Assembly (NCBI GenBank): GCA_043805415.1
Contig: JAZDHZ010000033.1
Location: forward strand, 153,600 to 217,599
DNA: 64,000 bases
Origin: Candidatus Omnitrophota bacterium
Lineage (GTDB): Bacteria > Omnitrophota > Gorgyraeia > B26-G9
Reading direction: 5' to 3'
Position numbers and translations under genes: made by a program. Below, in pieces: positions 49,455 through 59,135 of this stretch (position 1 is its first letter; the number at the start of each line of letters is the position of its first letter). Below the pieces are notes generated by a model that saw only the letters and a program-made list of their open reading frames with translations, was not told the DNA's origin and did no database searches.

Positions 49455-50325
49455 TGAATTTTTAGATTACTTGTCTTTGGAAAGAGGCCTTTCCAAAAAC
49501 ACAATTTCATCCTATCGCCGCGATCTTAATAAATTTGCCGCTTTTGCTTTGGTTAATGATGTGGCTAATGTTATGATTCCTAGCCGGGATGACTTTTTAA
49601 ATTATATTTATTCGCTTAAAGATGCTAACTTAAAATCAAGTTCGATAGCGAGAAATATAGTAGCTTTAAAAGTGTTTTATCGCTATCTTGTAAGTCAGCG
49701 CTATATAATGCAAGATCCTACTGAACTTTTAGAGTCTCCAAAGCTGTGGAAGTATTTGCCTGAGGTACTGTCAATCGCGGAAGTAGAAAATTTTCTTCAG
49801 GTTATTCGCGGCGCAAAAGTAAAACATTTAAGAGACAAGGCTTGTTTTGAGATATTATACGCAACCGGGATGCGGGTTTCAGAAGTGGTTAATTTACAAC
49901 TAAGTGATATTGATATGTCCTTGGGGATTTTAAGATGTATTGGAAAGGGGCAAAAAGAAAGAATAGTTCCTATAGGCAGTCTCGCGAGACAAGCACTTAC
50001 CGAGCATCTAGAGCAAGGCCGGCCGCGATTAGTTAAAAAGCAAGATTCTAATCATATTTTTTTGTCTAAAAATGGAACCGGAATTTCGCGGCAAATGATT
50101 TGGAAGCAAATTCAGCAATATGCTTTATTGGCAAATATTAATAAGCATATATCACCCCATACATTAAGGCATTCTTTTGCCACTCATTTGCTTGAAAAGG
50201 GAGCTGATTTACGCATAGTTCAGGAACTTCTAGGGCATAGTAATATTGCTACAACACAGTTATACACTCATCTGAACAAAGATAGACTTAAATCTATCCA
50301 TCATAAATTCCACCCGCGGCCTTGA
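49432..50325 (+). CDS. tyrosine site-specific recombinase XerC/XerD family
   Basis: LSLERGLSKNTISSYRRDL N-terminal domain; catalytic RHSFATHLL...LGHSNIATTQLYTH. Confidence 0.8.
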   Translation: MKLENYIDEFLDYLSLERGLSKNTISSYRRDLNKFAAFALVNDVANVMIPSRDDFLNYIYSLKDANLKSSSIARNIVALKVFYRYLVSQRYIMQDPTELLESPKLWKYLPEVLSIAEVENFLQVIRGAKVKHLRDKACFEILYATGMRVSEVVNLQLSDIDMSLGILRCIGKGQKERIVPIGSLARQALTEHLEQGRPRLVKKQDSNHIFLSKNGTGISRQMIWKQIQQYALLANINKHISPHTLRHSFATHLLEKGADLRIVQELLGHSNIATTQLYTHLNKDRLKSIHHKFHPRP

Positions 50326-50390
50326 CAATAGGTTGGTTTTAGAGTTAAATATATGTCTTATGGCAGGTTAAGCCTTAATTACAAAACTTT

Positions 50391-50465
50391 GCCCCTTTAG
50401 CTTAACGGATAAAGCACAAGCCTCCGGAGCTTGTGATGTGAGTTCGATTCTCGCAGGGGGCACCA
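50391..50465 (+). tRNA. tRNA-Arg (anticodon CCG)
   Basis: Acceptor GCCCCTT/AGGGGGC, anticodon stem-loop CAAGC-CTCCGGA-GCTTG, TTCGATT T-loop, encoded CCA. Confidence 0.85.
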
Positions 50466-50540
50466 TATTTTATTTGAGCAGCTTATGGTTTTTAAGCTTG
50501 TTCTTAGAGTTTGAAATTTTTAAATCTGGAATTTGATACT

Positions 50541-53159
50541 ATGGATGTGATTGTAACGCATGGCAATGCTGATTTTGATGCCTTGGCAAGTTTAGTCGCG
50601 GCTCAAAAGCTATATCCTAAGGCCAAAATTGTTCTGCCTTCTATGCAGGAACGCAGTGTGCGTGATTTTATGAGCATGGTAAAAGATGTATTGCATCTTG
50701 AGCAGGAAAAAGATATTGATTTTAAAAAAATGACTTGCTTGATCATTGTCGATACTCGGCTAAAAAGCCGAATCGGAATGGCTGCGAATTATTTGAATAA
50801 TCCTGATCTGAAAATTCACTGTTATGATCATCATCTGCGCACTCAGAATGATTTAAAAATCGATAATGATGTTTATGCTGCCTGCGGGGCAACGATAACC
50901 TTATTAGTTGAGATAATTAAAAAACGAAACATTAGTTTAACTCCCTTGGAAGCGACAATATTTGCTTTGGGGATTTATGAAGATACTGGTTCTTTGACAT
51001 TTTTGACAACGACGAAAAAAGATATTGATATGGTAAGTTTTTTATTTTCCCAAGGCGCTAATTTAAGTCTGATCGCTGCTTGTTTAAATAGAGAGCTTAC
51101 TGAGTCGGAACTGCATCTTTTATCGCTGATGATCGACGCCACAAAAATATATAGGGTGTGCGGGATTCAAGTCGCGATTTCATCAGTCACGAATGAAATT
51201 GAGTCATGTGATTTAGCCTGGGTTATTCATAAATTACTGGATATTGAAAATTTTAGTCTGATGTTTGCCTTGGTAAAAACAGCGACAAGAATACAGTTAA
51301 TTGCCCGCAGCCGTTTAGCTAATGTTGATGTCGCGAAAATTGCTAATCTGTTTGGCGGCGGAGGTCACGCCAGTGCCGCTTCCGCGACGATCAGAGGAAA
51401 ATCCGCTGCGCAGATAAGCAATGAGTTAATTGAAATTTTGAAGAAAAATATAAAATCAAATTTTAATGCTGAGGATATTATGAGCTATCCAGTCAAAACC
51501 TTGTCTTCTTCGCAAAAAGTCGATAAGGCTTTAGCCATAATTGATGAGTTTAAACTAAAAGCAATTCCTGTAGTTGATGAAAAAGAAAAATTGGTGGGCA
51601 TGATATCACGGGCAGATGCGCAAAGAGCGATAAACAATGGATATGGGCATGCTCCGGTTACCGGGTATATGAAGCGGCAATTAATTAGTGTCAGCCCGAG
51701 AACTTCAGTAGAAGAGCTTAAAGAAATTATTACCAGTAAAAATATCGGGAGAATCCCGGTTTTAAGCAAAGGGAACCTTGTGGGTATGGTTTGCCGAACT
51801 GATGTTTTCAAAGGAACGCATAAAGACATTCTTATGCTAACGGACAAAAGGCATAAAAGCAGCATAAGCCAAAACGCGCAGAAAAAAGATCTGTCTAAAA
51901 AAATAGAAAAAATAGTCCCGGTTGATGTTCAGGCGCTATTAAAAAAAATAGGCAGATTAGCGGATAAACAAAAGATCAACGCGTATGTTGTGGGCGGATT
52001 TGTGCGGGATTTAGTGATGGGTCGGCCTAATTTTGATATGGATATAGTTTTGGAAGGGGACGCGATTAATTTCGCGAAAGCTTTAGCGGAAGTTTTAAAC
52101 GCGAAATTAAAAATTCATCAAAGGTTTAAAACCGCTAAATTAAACCTGGAAAACGGATTGCTTATTGATATCGCTACCGCCCGGACAGAATATTACGAGT
52201 ATCCCGCGGCACTGCCGGTTGTTGAATCAAGTTCTTTGGTTAAAGATTTGTATCGACGCGATTTTACGATCAATACATTAGCCTTGGGGTTAAATAAAAA
52301 AACATTTGGACTATTGATTGATTTTTTTAAATCGAGTAAAGACCTAAAGGCAAAAAGGATTAGAGTTCTCCATGATTTAAGCTTTGTCGAGGATCCGACT
52401 CGGATTTTAAGGGCGGTCCGGTTTGAGCAGCGGCTGGATTTTATAATTGATCGACATACTGAGAATCTTATTTGTGCTGCCGTTGATTTGGAAATGTTTG
52501 GAAAATTGCATAAATTCAGAATAGGCGATGAACTTGTCCTGCTTTTAAATGAGCCGCATCCGATAAAAGTTATTCGCCGGATGCACCAGTTGCATGAACT
52601 AAAATTCATCCATCCCAAGATTAAATTTAATCCGAAGATGCTGAGATTGCTAGAAGCAGTAGAGGAAGTTCTGGGGTGGCATAAAATTAGTTTTGTTGAT
52701 AAAGCGATTAAGCGTTGGATAGTATATTTACTTGTGATTCTTGATGAACTTGGGCCAACTGAATGTCAGCAGATTTTCAACAATTTTAGTTTTAAAAAAA
52801 ATGATCAAGCGCTTATCTTGCAAGCAAAAAAAAGAGGCGATCGGGTTTTGAAAGCTTTACATCGGATGAAGCTGGAAAAACCCAGCAAAGTATATGAATT
52901 GCTATCGGATATATCGGTTGAGGTGTGTTTGTTTTTAATGGCAAAGACAAATCAGCTTAATGCTAAGGAAATGTTTACAAGGTATCTTAGCAAATATGCT
53001 GAAGTGAAACTTGAAATTTCCGGAAATGATTTAAAAAAACAGAATGCAGCCCCAGGGCCGCATTTTAAAGCAGCGCTTAAAAAAACACTTTACGCGAAAC
53101 TTGACGGCAAGCTGTCAACAAAAGAAGAAGAGATAAGGTTTGCGCGTAAATCATTATGA
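50541..53159 (+). CDS. fusion protein: DHH-DHHA1 (NrnA-like) phosphoesterase + CBS pair + class-II poly(A) polymerase/CCA-adding nucleotidyltransferase
   Basis: HGNADFDALAS, CYDHH, GGGGHASAASA; two CBS motifs; YVVGGFVRD...DMD head and RRDFTINT motif; ORF may start at TTG 50511. Confidence 0.75.
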   Translation: MDVIVTHGNADFDALASLVAAQKLYPKAKIVLPSMQERSVRDFMSMVKDVLHLEQEKDIDFKKMTCLIIVDTRLKSRIGMAANYLNNPDLKIHCYDHHLRTQNDLKIDNDVYAACGATITLLVEIIKKRNISLTPLEATIFALGIYEDTGSLTFLTTTKKDIDMVSFLFSQGANLSLIAACLNRELTESELHLLSLMIDATKIYRVCGIQVAISSVTNEIESCDLAWVIHKLLDIENFSLMFALVKTATRIQLIARSRLANVDVAKIANLFGGGGHASAASATIRGKSAAQISNELIEILKKNIKSNFNAEDIMSYPVKTLSSSQKVDKALAIIDEFKLKAIPVVDEKEKLVGMISRADAQRAINNGYGHAPVTGYMKRQLISVSPRTSVEELKEIITSKNIGRIPVLSKGNLVGMVCRTDVFKGTHKDILMLTDKRHKSSISQNAQKKDLSKKIEKIVPVDVQALLKKIGRLADKQKINAYVVGGFVRDLVMGRPNFDMDIVLEGDAINFAKALAEVLNAKLKIHQRFKTAKLNLENGLLIDIATARTEYYEYPAALPVVESSSLVKDLYRRDFTINTLALGLNKKTFGLLIDFFKSSKDLKAKRIRVLHDLSFVEDPTRILRAVRFEQRLDFIIDRHTENLICAAVDLEMFGKLHKFRIGDELVLLLNEPHPIKVIRRMHQLHELKFIHPKIKFNPKMLRLLEAVEEVLGWHKISFVDKAIKRWIVYLLVILDELGPTECQQIFNNFSFKKNDQALILQAKKRGDRVLKALHRMKLEKPSKVYELLSDISVEVCLFLMAKTNQLNAKEMFTRYLSKYAEVKLEISGNDLKKQNAAPGPHFKAALKKTLYAKLDGKLSTKEEEIRFARKSL

Positions 53160-53227
53160 TTGCCATCAATAATTGAATTAAGGATTTAAGCTAATTAATG
53201 AATTGAAACAAAAATGGAGATTTTAAA

Positions 53228-53623
53228 ATGAGTCAAAGAAAACAAAAAGTTGCTCAGAGAATTAAAGAAGATATCAGCCGGATAATTCATGATCAGATCA
53301 AAGATCCGCGAATCGGATTTGTTACTCTGACTAGGGTAGAGCTTACGGATGATTTGCGCTATGCTAAAGTATTTTACAGTGTTTTAGGCGATGAGATTCA
53401 GAAAAAAGCAGCAGTGGAAGGCTTAGAAAGCGCGCATCCATATATCCGCAAGCTTTTAGGCGAGAGTCTTGAGCTGAGGAACACGCCTGATTTTAGTTTT
53501 AAAGTTGATGAATCAATTGACTATGATATTCATATGGCTAAAATTTTTGATAAAATTGAAGAGGAAAGAAAGCAAAGGGAAGGTTCAGCTGATGATCAAG
53601 AAACAGATACTGGAAACGATTAA
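53228..53623 (+). CDS. rbfA: ribosome-binding factor A
   Basis: RIKEDISRIIHDQIKDPRIGFVTLTRVELTDDLRYAKVFYSVLG. Confidence 0.85.
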   Translation: MSQRKQKVAQRIKEDISRIIHDQIKDPRIGFVTLTRVELTDDLRYAKVFYSVLGDEIQKKAAVEGLESAHPYIRKLLGESLELRNTPDFSFKVDESIDYDIHMAKIFDKIEEERKQREGSADDQETDTGND

Positions 53624-54596
53624 ACAATACAAACGTTTTTTAATTGTCGCGCATATTAATCCAGAAGGGGATTCTATCGGCAGTCAGTTAGCGATGGCAA
53701 ATTTATTAAGAACCATGGGCAAATCCGTAAGAATAATAAACGCGGATAATGTGCCAAAGAACCTGATGTTTTTACCTGGAGCGGAGCAGATTGAATCGCT
53801 GATTGATAAAGATCTAAAAGAGATTAAGTTTGATGTCGCGATTATTCTCGATTGCCCAAATCTTGAACGGATTGGTCAGATTCGGCAGCTGCTGAATAAA
53901 CAATATGTTATCTGCATAGATCATCATATCAGTAATGAGCCGTTTGGGGATATAAATTGGAATGACCATAAAGCTTCATCTGCCGGAGAAATGGTTTATG
54001 GTTTGTTTAAAACCGGAAATATTCCTTTAGATGAGGCTAGCGCCTTGTGTCTTTATGTGGCAATTATGACAGATACTGGTTCTTTTCGTTATTCTAATAC
54101 TACAGTAAAAACGCATCATATTATTGCTGATTTATTAAGTTTTAATTTAAACCCGACAAAAGTTTATGAGCATATTTATGAAACAAAGTCTTTTGAAGTT
54201 ATGAAGCTGCTGGCCGAGGTGCTGAATAATCTCCAAAGATCAAAAGATGGTACATATGTTTGGTTTAGAGTTACAGATGAGATGTTAAAAAGAAATCATT
54301 TAAAAGCCGAGTCGACGGAAGATTTTATTGCCTTTGTTAGAATGATTGAAGGCGCGGAGGTAGTGGCTTATTTGCGGGAAATTGACTCGGGGTCTAAAGT
54401 AAAAATTAGTTTGCGTTCGAAAACTGATATTGATGTAAATAAAATTGCCGGACATTTTGGCGGCGGCGGACACCAAGCCGCGAGCGGCTGTGTTATTGAG
54501 AAAAATATTGATCAGGCCGAAAAGCTGCTTTTAAGACAAATTAAGAAATCAATCAAAGAGCATAATAACAATTTAATTAATAAACAGAATATATAA
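53592..54596 (+). CDS. nrnA: DHH-DHHA1 bifunctional oligoribonuclease/pAp phosphatase NrnA
   Basis: FLIVAHINPEGDSIGS, IDHH, HFGGGGHQAASG; overlaps rbfA 3' end (ORF track starts at 53505). Confidence 0.75.
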   Translation: MIKKQILETIKQYKRFLIVAHINPEGDSIGSQLAMANLLRTMGKSVRIINADNVPKNLMFLPGAEQIESLIDKDLKEIKFDVAIILDCPNLERIGQIRQLLNKQYVICIDHHISNEPFGDINWNDHKASSAGEMVYGLFKTGNIPLDEASALCLYVAIMTDTGSFRYSNTTVKTHHIIADLLSFNLNPTKVYEHIYETKSFEVMKLLAEVLNNLQRSKDGTYVWFRVTDEMLKRNHLKAESTEDFIAFVRMIEGAEVVAYLREIDSGSKVKISLRSKTDIDVNKIAGHFGGGGHQAASGCVIEKNIDQAEKLLLRQIKKSIKEHNNNLINKQNI

Positions 54597-54600
54597 TATA

Positions 54601-55287
54601 ATGGATATAAGCGGTTTGTTATTGGTGGATAAGCCTTTGGATATGACTTCGCATGACGTGGTTAGTATTCTGAGGAGAAAACTAAATATTAAAAAAATCG
54701 GTCATGCCGGGACATTGGATCCGCAGGCAACAGGATTATTACTGATGCTGATTAGCCGGCAAGCGACTAAATCCGCGGATTGTTTTTCCGGCATGGATAA
54801 ATCATATCAAGCTAGGCTAACTCTGGGGATTAAAACCGATACCGCGGATCATACCGGGAAAATTATTAGCCAGCAGCAAGTACCGCTATTTTCGCCTTTA
54901 GCGATACAACAGGTATTTGACTGTTTTAAAGGCAAAACAATTCAGATCCCGCCCATGGTCTCAGCGAAAAAAATTAATGGTAAAAAGTTATACGCATTGG
55001 CCCGCAAAGGAATCACTGTAGAGCGTAAGCCGGTTGAACTGAATATATCGGAATTAAAAATTCTGGCTGTTGATTTACCGAATGTAGATTTTCAGATCAA
55101 GTGTTCCAAAGGAACATATGTGCGGACTTTATGCGAGGATATTGGCGATAAACTCGGCTGCGGCGGACACATGAATGGACTGCGCAGGTTAACTGTCGGC
55201 AAGTATGATGTTAAAAACGCGATATCAGTTGATAAAATAAACCAAGCAACTGTAAATGAGATTGCTCAGGCAATTATAAAGATATAA
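54601..55287 (+). CDS. truB: tRNA pseudouridine(55) synthase
   Basis: LLVDKPLDMTSHDVVSILRRKL..IGHAGTLDPQATGLL. Confidence 0.85.
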   Translation: MDISGLLLVDKPLDMTSHDVVSILRRKLNIKKIGHAGTLDPQATGLLLMLISRQATKSADCFSGMDKSYQARLTLGIKTDTADHTGKIISQQQVPLFSPLAIQQVFDCFKGKTIQIPPMVSAKKINGKKLYALARKGITVERKPVELNISELKILAVDLPNVDFQIKCSKGTYVRTLCEDIGDKLGCGGHMNGLRRLTVGKYDVKNAISVDKINQATVNEIAQAIIKI

Positions 55288-55292
55288 ATGAT

Positions 55293-56249
55293 ATGAAAAT
55301 TATTTTAGGATTAGAAAAATTTGATATTGCTGATGTTAAAACGCCGATTATTGTGGCTATCGGCACTTTTGATGGAGTGCATTTAGCGCATCAGGCGATA
55401 ATAAAAAAAACAGTTATAACCGCAAAAAGATTAAAAGGCGTATCAATTATTTTAACATTTTATCCTCATCCGATGCAAATTACTAATCCCCAAAAAACTC
55501 CGGCATTATTGACCAGCCTTGAACACCGGATGGATTTGATGGCTAAGCTTAGTCCGGATATTTGTTTGGTGGCTGCTTTTAAAAAACGTTTTGCCAAGAT
55601 GAGCGCGGAAAAATTCATTCAGGACATCCTGATCGCAAAACTGAATGTGCACAGCGTGGTTATCGGTGATAATTTTGCTTTTGGCAAACAAAAAAGCGGG
55701 GATATTGATTTCCTGAAAGCTTACGCGAAAAAGGCAGGGTTTCAGGTTCAGGTTGTTTCAGCTTTAAAAAAATCCGGAAAAATAATCAGCAGTTCCTTAA
55801 TTCGGAGTTTAATTGAATTGGGAAAACTTGATCAGGCGGCTGAATTGTTAGGGAGAAGATTCAGTGTTTTGGGAACTGTGGTAAAAGGCGACAGCCGGGG
55901 CAGGGTTTTGGGGTATCCCACGGCGAATATTGATCCGCACCAGGAAGCATTGCCGCCTGAAGGTGTTTACGCCGTAAAAGCAAAACTGAACAGGCGCTGG
56001 TATGGAGGCATGCTTTATATCGGCAAACGTCCGACTTTCTATCAAACAGCCGATAAACTGGCGATAGAGGCAAATATATTTGATTTCAATAAATATATTT
56101 ACGGGCAAGTGATTGAGCTTGTGTTTATAAAAAGGATGAGAAATGAAAGAAAATTCAACTCAGGGGAATTACTGAAAAAACAACTGCAAAGGGATAGAAT
56201 CCGCATTGCGGCAGTTATAAAAAAAGAGTTTGATTACTGCCATTGTTAA
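55293..56249 (+). CDS. ribF: bifunctional riboflavin kinase / FMN adenylyltransferase
   Basis: VAIGTFDGVHLAHQAII plus C-terminal riboflavin kinase block. Confidence 0.85.
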   Translation: MKIILGLEKFDIADVKTPIIVAIGTFDGVHLAHQAIIKKTVITAKRLKGVSIILTFYPHPMQITNPQKTPALLTSLEHRMDLMAKLSPDICLVAAFKKRFAKMSAEKFIQDILIAKLNVHSVVIGDNFAFGKQKSGDIDFLKAYAKKAGFQVQVVSALKKSGKIISSSLIRSLIELGKLDQAAELLGRRFSVLGTVVKGDSRGRVLGYPTANIDPHQEALPPEGVYAVKAKLNRRWYGGMLYIGKRPTFYQTADKLAIEANIFDFNKYIYGQVIELVFIKRMRNERKFNSGELLKKQLQRDRIRIAAVIKKEFDYCHC

Positions 56250-56267
56250 CTGGTTTTAACGCAAATA

Positions 56268-56296
56268 TTGACGTCGCATTGGTTTTAAGGTAAAAT
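56268..56296 (+). promoter_or_regulatory. candidate promoter TTGACG-17-TAAAAT upstream of lysC
   Basis: Hexamers read directly, 12 nt before ATG 56309. Confidence 0.45.
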
Positions 56297-56308
56297 CATA
56301 TATCAATT

Positions 56309-57547
56309 ATGGAAAAAATAATCGTTCAAAAATATGGCGGCACTTCGGTCGCCAACCCAAAAAGAATAAAACGTGTTGCTGAGAGGGTAGTTGCTACCAA
56401 AAAGCAGGGCTATCAAGTTGTCGTGGTTGTTTCTGCCTTAGGGGATACTACGGATCGGCTTATTGAGCTTTCCAAACAGATCACGGATAATCCTTCGGAG
56501 CGGGAATATGATATGCTGCTGGCTACGGGTGAGCAGGTATCAGTCGCGCTTTTAGCAATGGCTATTCATCGCTTAGGACATGAGGCCATATCTTTTACCG
56601 GAGCTCAGGTGGGAATTATTACTGATACTTCTTTTTCCAAGGCAAAGCTGATTAATGTCAGCAGTGAAAAAATTGAGCAGGAACTTGCTAAAGGCAAGAT
56701 TGTAATTGTCGCCGGATTCCAGGGCATGACTGAAGATCAGGAAATTACTACCTTAGGCCGCGGCGGCTCAAACTTAACGGCAGTGGCGCTGAGTAAATGT
56801 CTGGGCGGATGTATGTGTGAAATGAATACTGATGTGGAAGGCGTTTTTACCGCTGATCCGCGGATAGTTAAAAAAGCCCAAAAGCTGGATTATCTTAGTT
56901 ATGATGAAATGCTGGAAATGGCGTCTTTAGGCTCCCAGGTATTACAGGCGCGTTCGGTTATATTCGCGAAAAAATTTAATGTTCCGATTCATGTGCGTTC
57001 AAGCTTTAGTAATAAAAAAGGCACAATAATACTGAAGGAGGCAAAGCCAATGTGGGAGGGTGTTGTAATTTCGGGAGTTACCCTTGATAAAAAGGAAGCT
57101 AAAATGACTATTTGTGACGTGCCTGATAAGCCAGGCATGGCAGCGCAGATATTTAAACATCTCGCTGAAGCTGAGATAAATGTGGATATGATTATTCAAA
57201 ATATAAGCCGAACAAGACGGACAGACGTATCTTTTACTGTCCCCCAATCTGAATTGCAGCGAACAATGAAAACAGCCAAACAAATAGTTAAGGATATAAA
57301 GGCGGAAAAAGTTACCTGTGATGATGATATTGCCAAAGTTTCGATTGTGGGAGTGGGGATGAAAAGCCATCCCGGAGTCGCGGCAAAAATGTTTGATGTT
57401 TTAGCTAAAAAGAAAATTAATATTGAAATGATCTCAACCTCTGAAATCAGTATATCCTGTGTTATCGGTAAAAAATACGCGGAGTCAGCGGTGAAAGCAT
57501 TGCATACTGCTTTTGGTCTTGATAAACCAGAACCGGCTAAAGAATAA
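56309..57547 (+). CDS. lysC: aspartate kinase (with tandem ACT domains)
   Basis: IVQKYGGTSVANPKRIKRVA; C-terminal ACT repeats. Confidence 0.85.
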   Translation: MEKIIVQKYGGTSVANPKRIKRVAERVVATKKQGYQVVVVVSALGDTTDRLIELSKQITDNPSEREYDMLLATGEQVSVALLAMAIHRLGHEAISFTGAQVGIITDTSFSKAKLINVSSEKIEQELAKGKIVIVAGFQGMTEDQEITTLGRGGSNLTAVALSKCLGGCMCEMNTDVEGVFTADPRIVKKAQKLDYLSYDEMLEMASLGSQVLQARSVIFAKKFNVPIHVRSSFSNKKGTIILKEAKPMWEGVVISGVTLDKKEAKMTICDVPDKPGMAAQIFKHLAEAEINVDMIIQNISRTRRTDVSFTVPQSELQRTMKTAKQIVKDIKAEKVTCDDDIAKVSIVGVGMKSHPGVAAKMFDVLAKKKINIEMISTSEISISCVIGKKYAESAVKALHTAFGLDKPEPAKE

Positions 57548-57557
57548 GGAGTTTTTA

Positions 57558-59132
57558 ATGCGTAAAGTTACAATTTATGACACTACGCTACGTGACGGTG
57601 CCCAGACAGAAGGGGTGTCTTATTCAGTTAATGATAAAATGCTTATTGCTAAAAAACTGGATTCTTTAGGAGTGGATTTTATTGAAGGCGGCTGGCCAGG
57701 ATCCAATCCCAAGGACTTGGAATTTTTTAAAGCAATTAAAAATATTAAATTCGCTTATGCTAAATTTGTCGCTTTTGGCAGTACTTGCCGTAAAGATAAT
57801 AAGGCTGCGCAAGACCCGATTTTAAAAGCACTGGTTAGCTCGGGTGTAAACTATATTACGATATTCGGCAAGTCATGGGATTTGCATGTCAAAGATGTGT
57901 TAAAAACATCTTTGGAGGAAAATCTGCGGATGATTACGGATACGATTAAGTTTATCCGTTCAAAAAAAATCACGGCATTTTATGACGCGGAACATTTTTT
58001 TGACGGTTATAAGCATAATCCGGAATACGCGCTTAAAACTCTGAAAGCGGCACAGAATGCCGGAGCCGAGTGTATTATTTTATGTGATACAAACGGCGGA
58101 ACAATCACTTCGGAGTTAATCCGAATAATCAGCGAAATTAAAAATGAGATTAAAGTGGATTTAGGCATTCATGTGCATAATGATAATGGCATGGCTGTGG
58201 CTAATAGTATAGCGGCTGTTCAAGCCGGTTGTTCTCAAGTTCAGGGAACAATCAATGGCTATGGTGAACGCTGCGGCAATGCGGATCTCTGCGCGATTAT
58301 CGCTTGTCTTGAGCTTAAGCTTAATATGCAGGCTGTTGGACATAAAAAACTAAAAGAGTTGACTGATGCTTCGCATTATATCAGCGAAGTAAGCAATATG
58401 AAACAGCAGGATAATCAGCCGTTTGTCGGCACTTCGGCTTTTGCTCATAAAGCGGGTGTGCATATCAACGCGATGGTGAAAAACGCGCTTAGTTATGAGC
58501 AAGTATTGCCTGAAAGTGTAGGCAATAAACGGAGATTTTTGGCATCAGAACTTGCCGGAAAAACCAGTATCTTATTTAAAGCCAAAGAACTATCAATTGA
58601 TTTAGGGAAAAATGATAGTGATACTAAAAAACTGCATAAGCTTATTCAGCAGCTTGAATATCAGGGTTATCAGTTTGAAGCCGCGGAAGCTTCTTTTGAG
58701 TTATTGATTAAAAAGGCATTAAAAAAATATAATAAATTTTTTGAGCTTGATGGTTTTCGGGTAATTGTGGAAAAAAGGCCGGATATCGGCATGATATCTG
58801 AAGCTACGGTAAAAATCAAAGTGGGTAAAGTTAAAGTTCATGCTGCTTGCGAAGGCGATGGTCCGGTTAACGCGTTAGATGGAGCATTGCGTAAGGCATT
58901 GTCTGATTTCTATCCGGAATTAGCTAAGATGCATTTATCGGATTTTAAAGTCCGGGTTTTAGATAGTAAAGCCGGGACCGCGGCAAAAGTCCGCGTGTTT
59001 ATTGAATCTCAGGATGAAAAGAACTCCTGGTGGACTGTGGGAGTTTCGGAAAATATAATTGAAGCAAGCTGGCAGGCTCTGGTAGATAGTATTGAATATA
59101 AGTTGCTTAAGGAAAAGGAAAAAAATAAGTAA
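57558..59132 (+). CDS. cimA: (R)-citramalate synthase (LeuA/CimA family)
   Basis: VTIYDTTLRDGAQTEGVSYSVNDKMLIAKKLDSLGVDFIEGGWPGSNPKD; ~525 aa; AAGGAG RBS. Confidence 0.7.
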   Translation: MRKVTIYDTTLRDGAQTEGVSYSVNDKMLIAKKLDSLGVDFIEGGWPGSNPKDLEFFKAIKNIKFAYAKFVAFGSTCRKDNKAAQDPILKALVSSGVNYITIFGKSWDLHVKDVLKTSLEENLRMITDTIKFIRSKKITAFYDAEHFFDGYKHNPEYALKTLKAAQNAGAECIILCDTNGGTITSELIRIISEIKNEIKVDLGIHVHNDNGMAVANSIAAVQAGCSQVQGTINGYGERCGNADLCAIIACLELKLNMQAVGHKKLKELTDASHYISEVSNMKQQDNQPFVGTSAFAHKAGVHINAMVKNALSYEQVLPESVGNKRRFLASELAGKTSILFKAKELSIDLGKNDSDTKKLHKLIQQLEYQGYQFEAAEASFELLIKKALKKYNKFFELDGFRVIVEKRPDIGMISEATVKIKVGKVKVHAACEGDGPVNALDGALRKALSDFYPELAKMHLSDFKVRVLDSKAGTAAKVRVFIESQDEKNSWWTVGVSENIIEASWQALVDSIEYKLLKEKEKNK

Positions 59133-59135
59133 TCT

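Noticed and set aside
49432-50325. Xer-family tyrosine recombinase as the island integrase
   Set aside because: It lies 6.7 kb beyond the island boundary and is separated from it by housekeeping genes. Its size and sequence fit chromosomal XerC/XerD, and there is no adjacent excisionase or att-like sequence.
56250-56308. Possible lysine riboswitch upstream of lysC
   Set aside because: The intergenic space is only ~59 nt, too short for an L-box (~180 nt). It contains just a promoter-like TTGACG-17-TAAAAT.
59133-59135. T-box leader before valS
   Set aside because: valS starts 3 nt after the cimA stop, so there is no room for a leader.
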